Shown: one piece after another, positions 30,088 through 41,454 of the stretch
Numbering within the stretch: the first letter of the stretch is position 1
Layout of the letters: the number at the start of each line of letters is the position of its first letter
Source of the DNA: Spirochaetaceae bacterium
GTDB lineage: Bacteria > Spirochaetota > Spirochaetia > DSM-2461
Direction of reading: 5' to 3'
DNA length: 64,000 nucleotides
Assembly: GCA_051531975.1 (NCBI GenBank)
Contig: JAOPTT010000005.1
Coordinates: 1 to 64,000, forward strand
Program-made: the position numbers and the translations under genes
The notes under the pieces: model-generated
What the model saw: only the letters and a program-made list of their open reading frames with translations
Told to the model about the DNA's origin: nothing
Database searches by the model: none

Positions 30088-32376
30088 TTACAGATTTGAA
30101 AACTTTACTTTTCTCTTCCGATATTCATTAGGGGTTGTACCAAATTGTGTTCTGAATTTTTTGATAAAATAGGCGGCGCTGCTAAAGTGAAGTCTTTCCG
30201 ATATGGTTGTTATATTCAGATCCGTCTCGAGAAGAAGATTTGCACCATATTCCATTTTGTGGGAATTGATAAATGTGACAAAATGACTTCCCGTATACTC
30301 TTTAAAGAGTTTGCTGAAGTAGTGGGCTTTCAAGGAAACCTGCTCCGCCACATTATCAAGATAAAGATCGTCTTCAATATTTTCCAGAATGTATTTTTTG
30401 GCATCTTTGATTGCTCTGAAATTTTTGTTTTGTGAGCGGTTCCTGAGATAAGCGAAGGCTTCTAATATCAGTATCGCAAACCATTGGCGAAAAAGATCTA
30501 TGTTCTCTATCCTGCGGAATTGTTTGTGTATAGTTGTGCCCTCTAAGCCATCTAGAAAAATATCCATCTGTTTTACATATTCTGAGAATATTGTCACAAT
30601 ATCGGTTAATTTTCTGTAACTGTAACTGTAATTGTAGGCATAGGTCTCATTTTTCAGTTCGTTTATAATTTTATCCACACATCCCATGGTCAGATTTTCG
30701 TTGTTTAACTTTATGCTTTTTGAGAATTCTTCCTGGAGTGCTTTGGGTAGGATGCGTGCTGATGTTTCCCGGTTCTGAATCAATTCGCCGGCTAGTAATT
30801 TTGTATCAGGTAGGATAAAGCTGTATCGCTGCAGTCTGGAAACCTCTTCGAAGGAGATATGCAGGTCAAGAGGATCTTTAACTGGTGCGGCTATAACAGT
30901 AAGCGGATAGAGGGATAAATCACTAAAGATTTGGTGGAATATCTCTTCAATATACAGTTTAAGCTCGACCGTATTGTTGTCTCCACAGCCAGCTATCGTT
31001 CCAATCTCGTTATCAGAGACTTCCGAAGACAGGATCGATATTCCCGATGTGGAATGATTTTCAAGAATCTTTATCAGTTTGTATTTGGCTGCCTGGCTAT
31101 CTTCGAGGGAACTTTGCAGAGTGAGAGAGTAATTCAAAATAATCTTAACAGCAAAATAGTAGGGCTTATTAAAAGAGAGATCCATCATTTTTAAACGCCT
31201 CTCCAACTCTTCCTGTGACCTAATCGTATTATTTATTAGCCCTGTAATGAAATTGTATTTTATCAGGGGTTTATTCTCTATTAGGGTATTTTCCAGTGTA
31301 TTGACCTGATTAGTCAGTGTATCGAGAGCATTATTTATTAAGGTATATTCACTGATGTCTGTTTTATCTTTTCCGCTTTCACTGATTCTGTTCATAACAA
31401 TGCGCAGGGGGGAATACATTCTTTCAGAGAAAAATCTCGTGATTATTAGACCGACAAGTATAACGGCTATACAGCTCAGGAGAATCATTAGCTGTATAGT
31501 ACGAAGATTTTTTCTAAACTCTTTAACAGGGGTGATATTGACAATTTTCCAGCCGTTCGAATCAATCGTGGAAGATGATATCATAGATTTGACATTGCCT
31601 ATGTTGCCTACAAAATTATTTTTTGTTTTGTTGTCATTGATCAAATTGTAAATAGTAGTTGATGATATGGCCTTCGACGTTATTTCAGAAACTATCTCTC
31701 CCCGCTTATCCATAATTAGAATATTCTCATTATTACCCTGTTGTCTGGAAATAATATCGAAGATTGCAGATTCTTTGATATTTATGCATATGATACCTTT
31801 ACTTCTATCACGGTCTGCAACGGCAGGATACAACTTTACAAATGATACTACCTTTACCGGTTCTACTTTATCAATTGTCCTGACAGGCAGCCAGATGTTC
31901 TTTTCTTCAGATTCTAAAAATTCATCAAGCCAGAGATTATCCATGGGGAATTGTCCCTCTCTCCTGTAAACCAAACCGTTTCGGGATGAAATAACAATAT
32001 CATTTTTTTTATTATATACATGAATTGAATCGATAAGATCGGAATTGAGGGAGGCCATTTGATTTAAATAGTCCGAGGCTGGTTTTATTTTTGCGTAATT
32101 CCCTTCAAGAGGCAGATCAAACAGTTCCAACAAGTCAAAATTATCCTTGTTTATCAGGGCTATATTTTTTTAAAGAGATTTCCCCCTTATCAGAACGCTT
32201 CCGTCTATGATCTTATTCAGATGATAGAGCATTTTTTGATTCACATTTATAAGTTCCCTATCATATACCCTTGAGAAATAATTTGTAGTGAACGTCCCCA
32301 GAAAAAGAGTAATGAAAATCACCAGAACGGCATAAGAAACAACTAGTCTGAAATAATATTTGCTGCTTTTTTTAAT
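30088..32376 (-). pseudogene. YesS-like membrane-anchored AraC regulator interrupted by an in-frame stop
   Basis: Frame continues upstream of 32133 through TAA (32172-32170) into a TM helix (YYFRLVVSYAVLVIFITLFLG); Cache-like domain, second TM helix and C-terminal AraC HTH; start position approximate. Confidence 0.8.
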
Positions 32377-32662
32377 TAATCCCCAAATCCAAACCTTTTT
32401 AAAAATGTAATTTGTAGGTTTATATTAACATATTCCATGGATAACTAAAAATTAATAATTGTAGATAAACCTTCTATAAACCTCTCAGAAGGTTCAAATC
32501 GGGAAAATTTATCATTTTTCTGAAAATTTCATATCCCCGAATTTTCGGATTTGATATCTTTGCCGTTTTTTGTCATAGATCTTCTGAAGATCTGAGGCAT
32601 TATTAAATTATCACTTGCAGGATATGCAAAGTAAATTATATTAAAAGGAGATTAATGTTTAT

Positions 32663-33591
32663 ATGAACCAGAATTATTCAAAAAAGCGAAAGAGTTTATT
32701 CAAACAATATTTTGATCAAAGACATCTGGTTTTACTTTTTTTACCGGCGCTGATCTATTATCTGATATTTCACTACGGCCCCATTTACGGGATTCAGATT
32801 GCATTCAAGAAATACAATTTAATTAAAGGGATGATGGCCAGTCCATGGATTGGTCTTGAAAACTTTAAGTTTTTATTTGAACTGGGTAGTTTTTGGGAAG
32901 TCTTTAGAAATACCTTCATTATAAGTATTATGAAACTTGCCTGGGGATTTCCGGCTCCTATCATTTTTGCTCTTATATTAAATGAAATACGTAATATACA
33001 TTTTAAGAAAGTAGTTCAGACGCTGAGTTATCTTCCCCACTTTCTTTCGTGGGTCATAATGGCCGGTTTTTTCATGCAGTTTCTTTCTCCCTCAACAGGA
33101 CCGATAAATATTTTGCTTAAATCTTTTGGATTGGATCCAATTTATTTCATAGCTGATCCCAAGTGGTTCAGGTCGGTATTGGTATCTACGAAAATATGGA
33201 AGGAGATAGGATGGGGTTCCATTGTATATCTGGCAGCCCTGTCTAATATTGATTCCGCATTATATGAAGCAGCCGGTATGGACGGAGCGAGCCGCTTTCA
33301 GAAAGCAATTTACATCACTTTACCTTCACTGACACCGGTAATCATGATAATGCTCATTTTGTCCATCGGTAGACTGCTAAATGACGACTTCGATCAGATC
33401 CTAAATCTTTATAATGCTGCGGTATATAGTGTGGTGATGTACTTGGAACCTATACCTATAGGGTGGGTCTTATAAAAATGCAGTACAGTCTGGCTACTTG
33501 TGTCGAATTATTCAAAAACGTCATTGGTTTTACCTTGATTATAGGAGCCAATAAAATTGCCAAGAGGGTAGGTGAATATGGTATTTGGTAA
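32663..33591 (+). pseudogene. LplB/YteP-type ABC permease, frameshifted near 33432
   Basis: The conserved tail GDVLGTYTYRVGL...GEYGIW* continues in another frame to 33591. Confidence 0.85.
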
Positions 33592-34471
33592 AAAAACTTT
33601 GAAAATAAAAAAAATAAAAGTTTCCGGATGGGATCTGCTTAATTATAGCTTTCTGATACTTTTTTGTATTTCAACATTGTATCCGTTGCTTCATCTTTTG
33701 GCAGTATCTGTCAGTACGGAAAACGTGGCTTTGTCACAGTTGAAATTAATACCATCGGAAATGACATTTGATAATATTAAAGACGTATTATCTGATGAAG
33801 GCATTCAGTTCGGTTTTATATGGACAGTTTTCAGGACGGTTCTAGGAACAACACTTTCACTTATTGTTACTATTGCCTGTGCCTATCCATTATCAAAAAA
33901 AGAGTTTCCTCATAAAGGATTCTGGACCGCATTGATCGTCTTCACTATGTTTTTCAAGGGTGGATTGATCCCTATGTATATGGTGGTTAGAGGTCTGGGT
34001 TTGACTAACACTATCTGGTCATTGGTTTTACCGAGGATGATCGATACTTTTGCACTGCTGATAATGCGGAATTATTTTATGGCCATACCCGATAGTTTGG
34101 AGGAGTCAGCCAGAATAGATGGTGCGGATCCTATAACCATTCTCTTGAGAATTATTATTCCAATCTCAACACCGATAATCGCCACAGTAACTTTATGGGT
34201 TGCCGTATGGCACTGGAACAGCTGGTTCGACAGTATGATCTATATACAGGATATGGATAAACAGGTTCTACAGGTCATGTTACGGAGAATCGTACTGGAA
34301 GGGACTTCGAAAATGACAGATTTAGCGAATATGGCTGATGATGAAGTTGTCAATCCCGAGACTATAAAAGCGGCGACAGTTATCGTCGCTACCACCCCTA
34401 TCCTTCTGGTATACCCATTTCTACAGAAATATTTTGTAAAAGGGGTCATGGTGGGATCGTTAAAAGGTTAA
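33578..34471 (+). CDS. LplC/YtcP-type ABC permease
   Basis: FKGGLIP, EESARIDGA and YPFLQKYFVKG motifs. Confidence 0.93.
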   Translation: MVFGKKTLKIKKIKVSGWDLLNYSFLILFCISTLYPLLHLLAVSVSTENVALSQLKLIPSEMTFDNIKDVLSDEGIQFGFIWTVFRTVLGTTLSLIVTIACAYPLSKKEFPHKGFWTALIVFTMFFKGGLIPMYMVVRGLGLTNTIWSLVLPRMIDTFALLIMRNYFMAIPDSLEESARIDGADPITILLRIIIPISTPIIATVTLWVAVWHWNSWFDSMIYIQDMDKQVLQVMLRRIVLEGTSKMTDLANMADDEVVNPETIKAATVIVATTPILLVYPFLQKYFVKGVMVGSLKG

Positions 34472-34513
34472 TATCCGGTCGTTGACCGGTTGAATATAAA
34501 ATTGGAGGATTAA

Positions 34514-35525
34514 ATGAAGAAAGGATTATTTACATTGTTAATCTCAATGCTCATGTGTAATGGCGCATTATTTGCCACAGGACAGAAGGAAGCAGAATCA
34601 ACAGAACCTGAAGTCAAAGAGACTATGGTCTTAAACTGGACAGCATATCAGAAAAAGCCCGTTGAACAGGATGCATATCTTATTAAGTATGTGGAAGATA
34701 TGTTTGATGTTGATGTTAACTATATAAATATTGATAATACTAAAGCTGATGAAATCTTAGGTATTAAGTTTGCATCTGGAGAAATTCCTGATTATTTCAC
34801 AACTGGAGCAGGTAACCGTTTCGAAAAACTGCAACAGTTCTATGATCTGGGTGTTTTAGCAGAAATCCCTATGGAAATGGTTAAGAAATATGCGCCGCAT
34901 TATTATAGCAGCATGCTTAAAGATGTTCCAGGAACACCAACTCCCTTTGATTATTCAAAAATAGATGGGAAACTCATGGCTCTGCCTGATTTTAATAAAG
35001 GAACAGAATTCAGACTTGCTCTTGCATACCGTGGAGACTGGATGGAAGCTGTTGGAGTTACAGAAACTCCAAATACTGGACTGGTCTGTATCTTCCTTTG
35101 AGAATAATACATTGGCTCAGTGGGGAGTAGAAGGTGAACATTGGGAATATAAAGCAGAATCAAAATCACCAAGTTTTATCAAGGCTGATGATGGATTTTC
35201 TTACGAAGATGTCGGTGGTGGATCTATGTGGGTTCCAAACGGTCCATTTGAGTTCCAGAACAAAAGAGCTAGTGCAGTTAAGATGGATTGGATGTATGAG
35301 AATGAGATGGATAAGTATGGAATCAACTCTCAATTAATGGCTCCTTTACCTTCAGCTATCAAATATCAGGAAGAGCTGAAAAAAATCCAGGAAGAAGCAT
35401 TTATTTCAATCATTACCGGCGACAAACCGCTCTCTTATTACGATGAGTATATGGATAAATGGTGGACTTCAGGTGGTGAAATACTATCAAAAGAAGCCAA
35501 TGCTTGGTATTCAAGCTTAAAATAA
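34514..35525 (+). pseudogene. LplA/YtcQ-type solute-binding protein with internal deletion and frameshift near 35070
   Basis: N-terminal part (signal peptide to YRGDWMEAVGVTETP) joins out of frame to the C-terminal part (ILDW...WGVEGEHW...WWTSGG); the central region usual in this family is absent. Confidence 0.8.
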
Positions 35526-35569
35526 TATTTCATTTGGCATGAAGCTTTTCAGCTGCATGTGAATCTTTC

Positions 35570-35612
35570 GAGCCGCCTGATTAAATTTATAGAAATCAGG
35601 TGGCTCTCTTTT
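35570..35612 (+). terminator. Intrinsic terminator
   Basis: gagccgcctgatt / aatcaggtggctc followed by tctttt. Confidence 0.75.
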
Positions 35613-35639
35613 AAATTAAAATAAATTGGAGAATTTGTA

Positions 35640-37629
35640 ATGTCTGACCTAATTGAACAGCCTCATAAACTGTTCTGGAAACAGCTTTGTAAGTGGGATA
35701 ATTCTGATTATCAGGAACTTATCAATACCGAAAAACAAAACAGGAATACCCGTATAGAAAATGCCTTTAAAACAGGGACCGAAGTTGAAACTACAGGAAT
35801 CGATCAACAGCTTTTTGACAGAATGTGGATAGGAGAAAATCTTCAGGAAGTAAATAAAGAGTTGTTACAGGATTTTAACATCGACCTTAATACAACAAAA
35901 GCACGTAAAAAAGACTCTACAGTATCGCCGGCTTATGATCTCTACCATCTTATGAGGAATTCCCGATTGATCTCCTTTTATTACTGTTTTGGAAAAAAGA
36001 GTAAATATTTCCCGGGGCGATTGAACGTGGAAAATGAAGATCTGCTGCTGGAACTGCTGTGGTGGCGGACCATGGATAAAAATGATATAGCCATAACAAC
36101 AAAAAGCACCTGGTGGATGTCAGGCAGTGAAAATCATGACCTTAACTCAAAACAACTAATCTACTTACTTCAGCAATATTCGCCTCTGAACCTGCTTATG
36201 CCTCGAAAGTTCATGCAGATTATGGTTACGGTTGTTCTCCCGGTTATATGAGCGCTGGTTTTAATCAGTCTGGTATAGAAAATTCAGAAAGAAGAGGGAC
36301 TGAAAGAGCAAACTGGTCCGACGGAAAGCAGTATAAACCTGCTGACCATTACGAAGCATGGGTAGCCTATTTTAAAGAGTATTTTGCAGAAAGAGCCAGG
36401 AAAGGGTTCTTTCTGGAAAATGGCTCCCCTGGTTATATGAAGTTCACTATAGCTTACATACTTCTACTTTATAATTTTTGCCCCGATGGACAATTGAAAC
36501 TTCAAGTAAAGATGTTTTTAGATCTGTTCTGGACCGACTGGGCTCTACAGCAACTCGGTGGACTTAGAGGTGGACCAAAAACAAGGCATCACAACAGTGC
36601 CGGTTCTTACGATTCTATGTCAGACTGGGCCAGGTTTTATCTTGGTGGGCCGGGATTGACCACTTTCAATTATTCTCAGCAGATGATTGGTGATTACCAG
36701 TTCAGCCCACTTATTTGGGAACTTGTTTTAGACAGAAAAGGCCTTGGTTCATTTGCTTATACTGCAAGGGGCATAGGAGAGGAAGAAGAGACTCTTCCAC
36801 GACCTTTTGGTGTGGAACGGACCATGACAGGTGACAGAGAATCCCGTATGACAAAATACAGCTGGATTACCCCCGATTATGTACTGGGGACCCAGATGGA
36901 TCATCCCTTGGCTGTTCACAATCATCTGTCGGCTCATGGCCGGTGGCAGGGTTTGATCACATCGGATCTTAATTCACGTATTCTTACAGTATCACTTGAG
37001 CAGTTCCGGGGAAAAACCGATCCCGGGAACGGTTATTCTATAGAGCTTATGTATCACAGTGCTCAGAATAAGCAGGTGCTCATTACCCAGCAGAAGAGAC
37101 GGTGGACTCAGATAAATCCCGACTGGTTTCCCACTTACGACCAGCTCTATGATGTGGGTTTTGGTGTGTTTATAGGCACTGGATGGCAGACCAGAAAGGA
37201 ACAGACCGTTACGCAAACCATGTGGAACTGGAAGTAGAGTGTTATAAGTGGAATGATAACTCTACGATTCTCCAGCTTGTCAATAAATACAGCCCTATTA
37301 TCATTGAAGCGGGTAGACGGGCCGATTATCCCACTCTAGTAGATTTTCAGAAACAGATTCTTTCAAACAAGTTGGAAATTCACAAAACCGTAGCCACCCA
37401 TGAAACAAAAATTATTGTGGTCTACAAGGGATCACAATCTGAGGAGATCGTTTTTAATGCTGCTAATCAGGCGGATATTCCAACAATAGGTGGAGAGTAC
37501 ATTAATTACAATTATCCCAAAACATTTGATGCTCCCTACATTCAGGCAGACTATGAAAGTGGTGTTGTGGAGATTAGCAAAGGTGATAATAAGCAGATTT
37601 TTGATTTTAACAGGATCTCTACTGATTAG
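35640..37629 (+). pseudogene. Unclassified enzyme (heparinase II/III-like lyase candidate), paralog 1, split into three ORFs
   Basis: Collinear with 46739-48619 (GSENHDLN, RGGPKTRHH, LGTQMDHP); 1-nt loss near 36150 and a deletion of about 30 codons near 37195-37205. Confidence 0.85.
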
Positions 37630-37630
37630 T

Positions 37631-37684
37631 GGCATAAACAACACTTATCTGATGCATGACAGATGATAAGTGTCTGTTTATAAT
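37631..37684 (+). promoter_or_regulatory. Promoter with shared operator motif (copy B)
   Basis: ATGACA 37656-37661, 17 nt, TATAAT 37679-37684; 48/60 ungapped identity to copy A. Confidence 0.85.
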
Positions 37685-37696
37685 ATAATTATTTAA

Positions 37697-38773
37697 ATGA
37701 AGGTAGGTAAAATGAAGCTAAGAGAAGATATTGATGACCTTATGGATCGGACAACCCGGTTTACAACAAATGGAAAAAGTGGGGATGCTCTGGTTAAAGT
37801 GAATCTAATACAGAAACCCTACAAAGTAAAAGGATTGGACCAGTGGAACTTTCCAGTTGAAATGAAACAGTTCCTCGATGAAAATATTAAAGCCCTGGAG
37901 TACACCTGGCAGAAACAAAAGCTCATTCCCGACGATTCCATTCCTGCTCTGTATCCACGATACGGTATAGCCGAACACTCAGCCTTTTTAGGTGGTGAGG
38001 TGGATTTCAGTGAAGATACGAGTTGGCACCATCAAATATTAAACAGTTATGATGATGTAGCTAAACTGGAGCTGAGAGAAGATAATGTCTGGCTGCGTAT
38101 GGTTATAGACGGCCTGGCTTATTACAGGGAGAAGGGTGTCGGAAATTTTGCTGTTAAACAGAGGGGTGCTATGGCTCCAATGGATCTGGCCAATGCCCTG
38201 CGTGGTAACGATATATTTATGGATTTCTACGATCATCCTGAAGAGCTACATAGACTTTTGACTTTTTGTACCGAGGCCTGCGAATGGTATATTTCACGGC
38301 AGAAAAGTGTAATTGGTGATTTTTACGGTGGAACCATAAGCGGAACTGATGTATGGATGAAGGGAAATGCCATAGGGCACCTGTCGGAAGACGCTTCTGT
38401 TATGTGTTCTCCTGATATTTTTACAGAGTTTGGAAAACCATATACTACTAAACTTGTAGAAAAGTATGATGCTGCTTTTATGCACCTTCATACCGCGGGA
38501 ACCCAGGCTTTTAAAGAGATTCTGGATATCGATAAGCTACAGTATTTTGAACTGGCGCCAGATCCTAATCAGCCCCGGGGAATAGATGTATATAAAAATC
38601 ATAAAGATCTGTTTGGAAACAAAATTATGAAACTGTTTATAACTTTTGATGAGATAAAAGATAATATAAGTTTTCTAAAAACTGCTAAAACAACATTGGT
38701 TTGTGATGCAGAAAGTGTGGAAGAGGCAAAGGCTATTACAGCTTTTGTTAGACGTGAACTACCTGTATTATAA
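37697..38773 (+). CDS. Divergent UroD/MtaA-fold protein
   Basis: DLANALRG, FMDFYDHPEELHRLL, SEDASVMCSP and HLH motifs. Confidence 0.75.
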   Translation: MKVGKMKLREDIDDLMDRTTRFTTNGKSGDALVKVNLIQKPYKVKGLDQWNFPVEMKQFLDENIKALEYTWQKQKLIPDDSIPALYPRYGIAEHSAFLGGEVDFSEDTSWHHQILNSYDDVAKLELREDNVWLRMVIDGLAYYREKGVGNFAVKQRGAMAPMDLANALRGNDIFMDFYDHPEELHRLLTFCTEACEWYISRQKSVIGDFYGGTISGTDVWMKGNAIGHLSEDASVMCSPDIFTEFGKPYTTKLVEKYDAAFMHLHTAGTQAFKEILDIDKLQYFELAPDPNQPRGIDVYKNHKDLFGNKIMKLFITFDEIKDNISFLKTAKTTLVCDAESVEEAKAITAFVRRELPVL

Positions 38774-38801
38774 TAAGAGATAATGATAAGGAAACAATAA
38801 T

Positions 38802-39647
38802 ATGATTGGAACAAGAGGACATGATATTAACACGGGCACTACCAGCGCCCGTGCTTTAGCCCAGGAAATGCTTGATGCCGGGATGGAAGCAGTTCAGCTT
38901 GTTGTTTATAAAAGCATAAAAGGTGTAAGTGAAAAACCGGGATGTCTATCACCGGGACTGGCCTGGAGTATCGGCCGGGAATTCGAAAAAAGGGACATTC
39001 ATATAGCCCTTTTAGGCAGCTATTTCAATCTGCTTGAACAGGATTCACTGAAATTGAAAGAGAATATGGACAGGTTTAAAGAGTATCTGCGTTTTGCAAG
39101 TGATTTTGGTTGCCCCATTGTAGGGACTGAAACCGGTTCCTACAATGCCGATATGTCTTATCATCCACATAATCACGGTGAAGAGGCTTTGCAGACTGTC
39201 ATTGGAATTTTTAAGGAATTCGCTGTGGAAGCAGAGCACCATGGTGTGTTCGTCGGTGTAGAGGGATTGTATAATTTTGTCATCTCCACTCCAAAAAGGA
39301 TGAAAACTCTTCTTGATTCTGTGGATTCCAGTAACCTGCAGGTGATTCTCGATCCTGTGAATCTACTTCATATGGGCAATTACACAAAAGTAAAAGAGAT
39401 TATCGAAGATTCATTTGAACTCTTTGGAAATAGAATCGTATTAATTCATGCTAAGGATTTTATTATTGAAGACCATCAGATAAAAACCGTCCCTTTAGGC
39501 CGTGGATTGATGGATTATGAACATCTGCTGACTATGGTAAACAGATACAAACCGGGTATAGATATCATTATTGAAGACCTAAGGGGCGACGAACTGCAGG
39601 AAAGTCAGTTGTATTTACAAAGTATTATAGACAAACTAGATAATTGA
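38802..39647 (+). CDS. Sugar phosphate isomerase/epimerase (xylose-isomerase-like TIM barrel)
   Basis: GTRGHD, VGTETG, LDPVN and IHAKD motifs. Confidence 0.9.
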   Translation: MIGTRGHDINTGTTSARALAQEMLDAGMEAVQLVVYKSIKGVSEKPGCLSPGLAWSIGREFEKRDIHIALLGSYFNLLEQDSLKLKENMDRFKEYLRFASDFGCPIVGTETGSYNADMSYHPHNHGEEALQTVIGIFKEFAVEAEHHGVFVGVEGLYNFVISTPKRMKTLLDSVDSSNLQVILDPVNLLHMGNYTKVKEIIEDSFELFGNRIVLIHAKDFIIEDHQIKTVPLGRGLMDYEHLLTMVNRYKPGIDIIIEDLRGDELQESQLYLQSIIDKLDN

Positions 39648-40729
39648 ATAGAAAGGAAGAAATCTTTATGAGCAAAAAAAAAGACACAGACATTAATGCG
39701 GAAACTATCAAAAAATATATAGACCTAGTTGCAAAACGAACCATGGCCATGGATTTTGCCTGGGACTGGCCTGCTGGTGTGGCTTTTTACGGAATCTGTC
39801 GGGCATGGGAAGTTCTCCAGGAGCAGAAATATCTCGACTTTCTAGTAAACTGGGTGGATAACTACCTGGATAAGGGAATACCTAAGCTCACTGTAAATGC
39901 TGTATCCATAGGGCATACTCTGATAACCCTCCATGAAGCTACAGGTGATGAGAAATATCTGAATCAGGCTAAAGATATGGCGGAATTCCTGACCAATGAT
40001 GCGTTGCGTTTTGCAGACGGTGTCTTTCAGCATACGGTTTCCCAGAACTACGACTTTCCAGAACAGGCATGGGCGGACACTCTATTTATGGCAGCCTACT
40101 TCCTTGTACGTATGGGTGTTAAAACAGAGAACGAAGCTTATCTGAAAGACGGTCTGAAGCAGTATTACTGGCATGAAGAATTCCTGCAGAATACCACTAC
40201 AAACGTTTATTATCATGCCTGGGATAACATCAATAAAAACAATCTTTCGGGAGTGTACTGGGCCAGGGCAAATGCCTGGGCTACCGCGACTTCCGCCGGG
40301 GCTCTGACATTAATTGATGCCTTTAACCCTTCTTTTATGACCATCCTGGATGCCCTACGTGATCAGCTTTCTGCTTTAGTAAGGCTGCAGTCTGAAAACG
40401 GTCTGTGGCATACAGTCCTGGACGATCCAACTTCTTATGAGGAAGTATCGGCGACCGCAGGTATTCTGGCTGGTTTGATCGGTTATGAAAAAGTGCTGGG
40501 TCAAAGTGTTTACAGAGAACAGATAGACAAAGGGATTAACGGTTTAATTAAGAATATAGCACAAGACGGCAGAGCTATGAATGTTTCTGCGGGAACAGCG
40601 GTTATGAAAAGTACCGGGGATTACAAACTAGTTCCAAAAAAGCGGATTCAGGGTTGGGGTCAGGGACTTGTTCTATCTGCCCTGGCTGAAGCGTATCTAC
40701 TGAGCTCTGGAGATAACTATGACGAATGA
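39644..40729 (+). CDS. Unsaturated glucuronyl/rhamnogalacturonyl hydrolase, GH105/GH88 (YteR/YesR-like)
   Basis: WDWPAGV, WADTLFM, YHAW, YWARANAW and GLWHTVLD motifs; start may be ATG 39668. Confidence 0.92.
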   Translation: MNRKEEIFMSKKKDTDINAETIKKYIDLVAKRTMAMDFAWDWPAGVAFYGICRAWEVLQEQKYLDFLVNWVDNYLDKGIPKLTVNAVSIGHTLITLHEATGDEKYLNQAKDMAEFLTNDALRFADGVFQHTVSQNYDFPEQAWADTLFMAAYFLVRMGVKTENEAYLKDGLKQYYWHEEFLQNTTTNVYYHAWDNINKNNLSGVYWARANAWATATSAGALTLIDAFNPSFMTILDALRDQLSALVRLQSENGLWHTVLDDPTSYEEVSATAGILAGLIGYEKVLGQSVYREQIDKGINGLIKNIAQDGRAMNVSAGTAVMKSTGDYKLVPKKRIQGWGQGLVLSALAEAYLLSSGDNYDE

Positions 40730-41444
40730 TGAAGAATTTAATAAATTACTTGAGTTGAACTGGTCTGAACTGTTTTTTGACAGCGGTAGTGAAGACTGGC
40801 GGAAGAATTGGTTTCTCGATGGGAAAAAGGCTGATTTGAAAAATACGGACAGAGGTTTGGACTTTTATGCAGGTCCTACCTTTAGAGATGATTCCTGTCA
40901 TGCCGTGTTGTGGACAAAAGAAGAATACTCAGGTGACCTGAAAATCGAATATAATTTTACCCGGCTTGATAAGGAACACCGCTGCGTAAATATACTCTAC
41001 CTTCAGGCAACAGGCTGCGGAGAAGGACCTTATGAGAAAGATATCAGCAAATGGAATCACTTGAGGCAGGTTCCTGCCATGAGTGAATACTTCGACCATA
41101 TGAATACTTATCATATCTCCTATGCCGCCTTTAACAATACCGATGAAATAGAACCGGGATACATCCGTGCCAGACGTTATATGGCCGCCGGACTTGACGC
41201 CACGGAGCTGGAGCCGGACTACGATCCAACGGGATTCTTTGAATATGATATTCCCCACAAGATGACCATAATCAAATCAGGAGACCATATCTATTTTAAA
41301 ATTTCCAATGAAAAGAAAGAGCAGTTATGCCACTGGCATAATACAAAATTCCCCTCTATAAACGAAGGGAGAATCGGACTGCGGCAGATGTTTACAAGAG
41401 CTTCCAGGTACGGAAATTTTAGAATTTCCAAGCTGAGAAAATAA
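40719..41444 (+). CDS. DUF1961 (YesU-like) concanavalin-fold protein
   Basis: HAVLW, YHISY and GRIGLRQM motifs. Confidence 0.8.
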   Translation: MTNDEEFNKLLELNWSELFFDSGSEDWRKNWFLDGKKADLKNTDRGLDFYAGPTFRDDSCHAVLWTKEEYSGDLKIEYNFTRLDKEHRCVNILYLQATGCGEGPYEKDISKWNHLRQVPAMSEYFDHMNTYHISYAAFNNTDEIEPGYIRARRYMAAGLDATELEPDYDPTGFFEYDIPHKMTIIKSGDHIYFKISNEKKEQLCHWHNTKFPSINEGRIGLRQMFTRASRYGNFRISKLRK

Positions 41445-41454
41445 GGAATAACTT

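Noticed and set aside
32494..32554. Imperfect inverted repeat (tcaaatcgggaaaatt / aattttcggatttga) between the YesS-like gene and ABC2
   Set aside because: Plausible operator, but single-copy and imperfect with no second instance to support it
33425..36160. Programmed frameshifting in the permease and paralog 1
   Set aside because: No slippery heptamer with a stimulatory structure; simple 1-nt losses, or possibly sequencing errors, explain both
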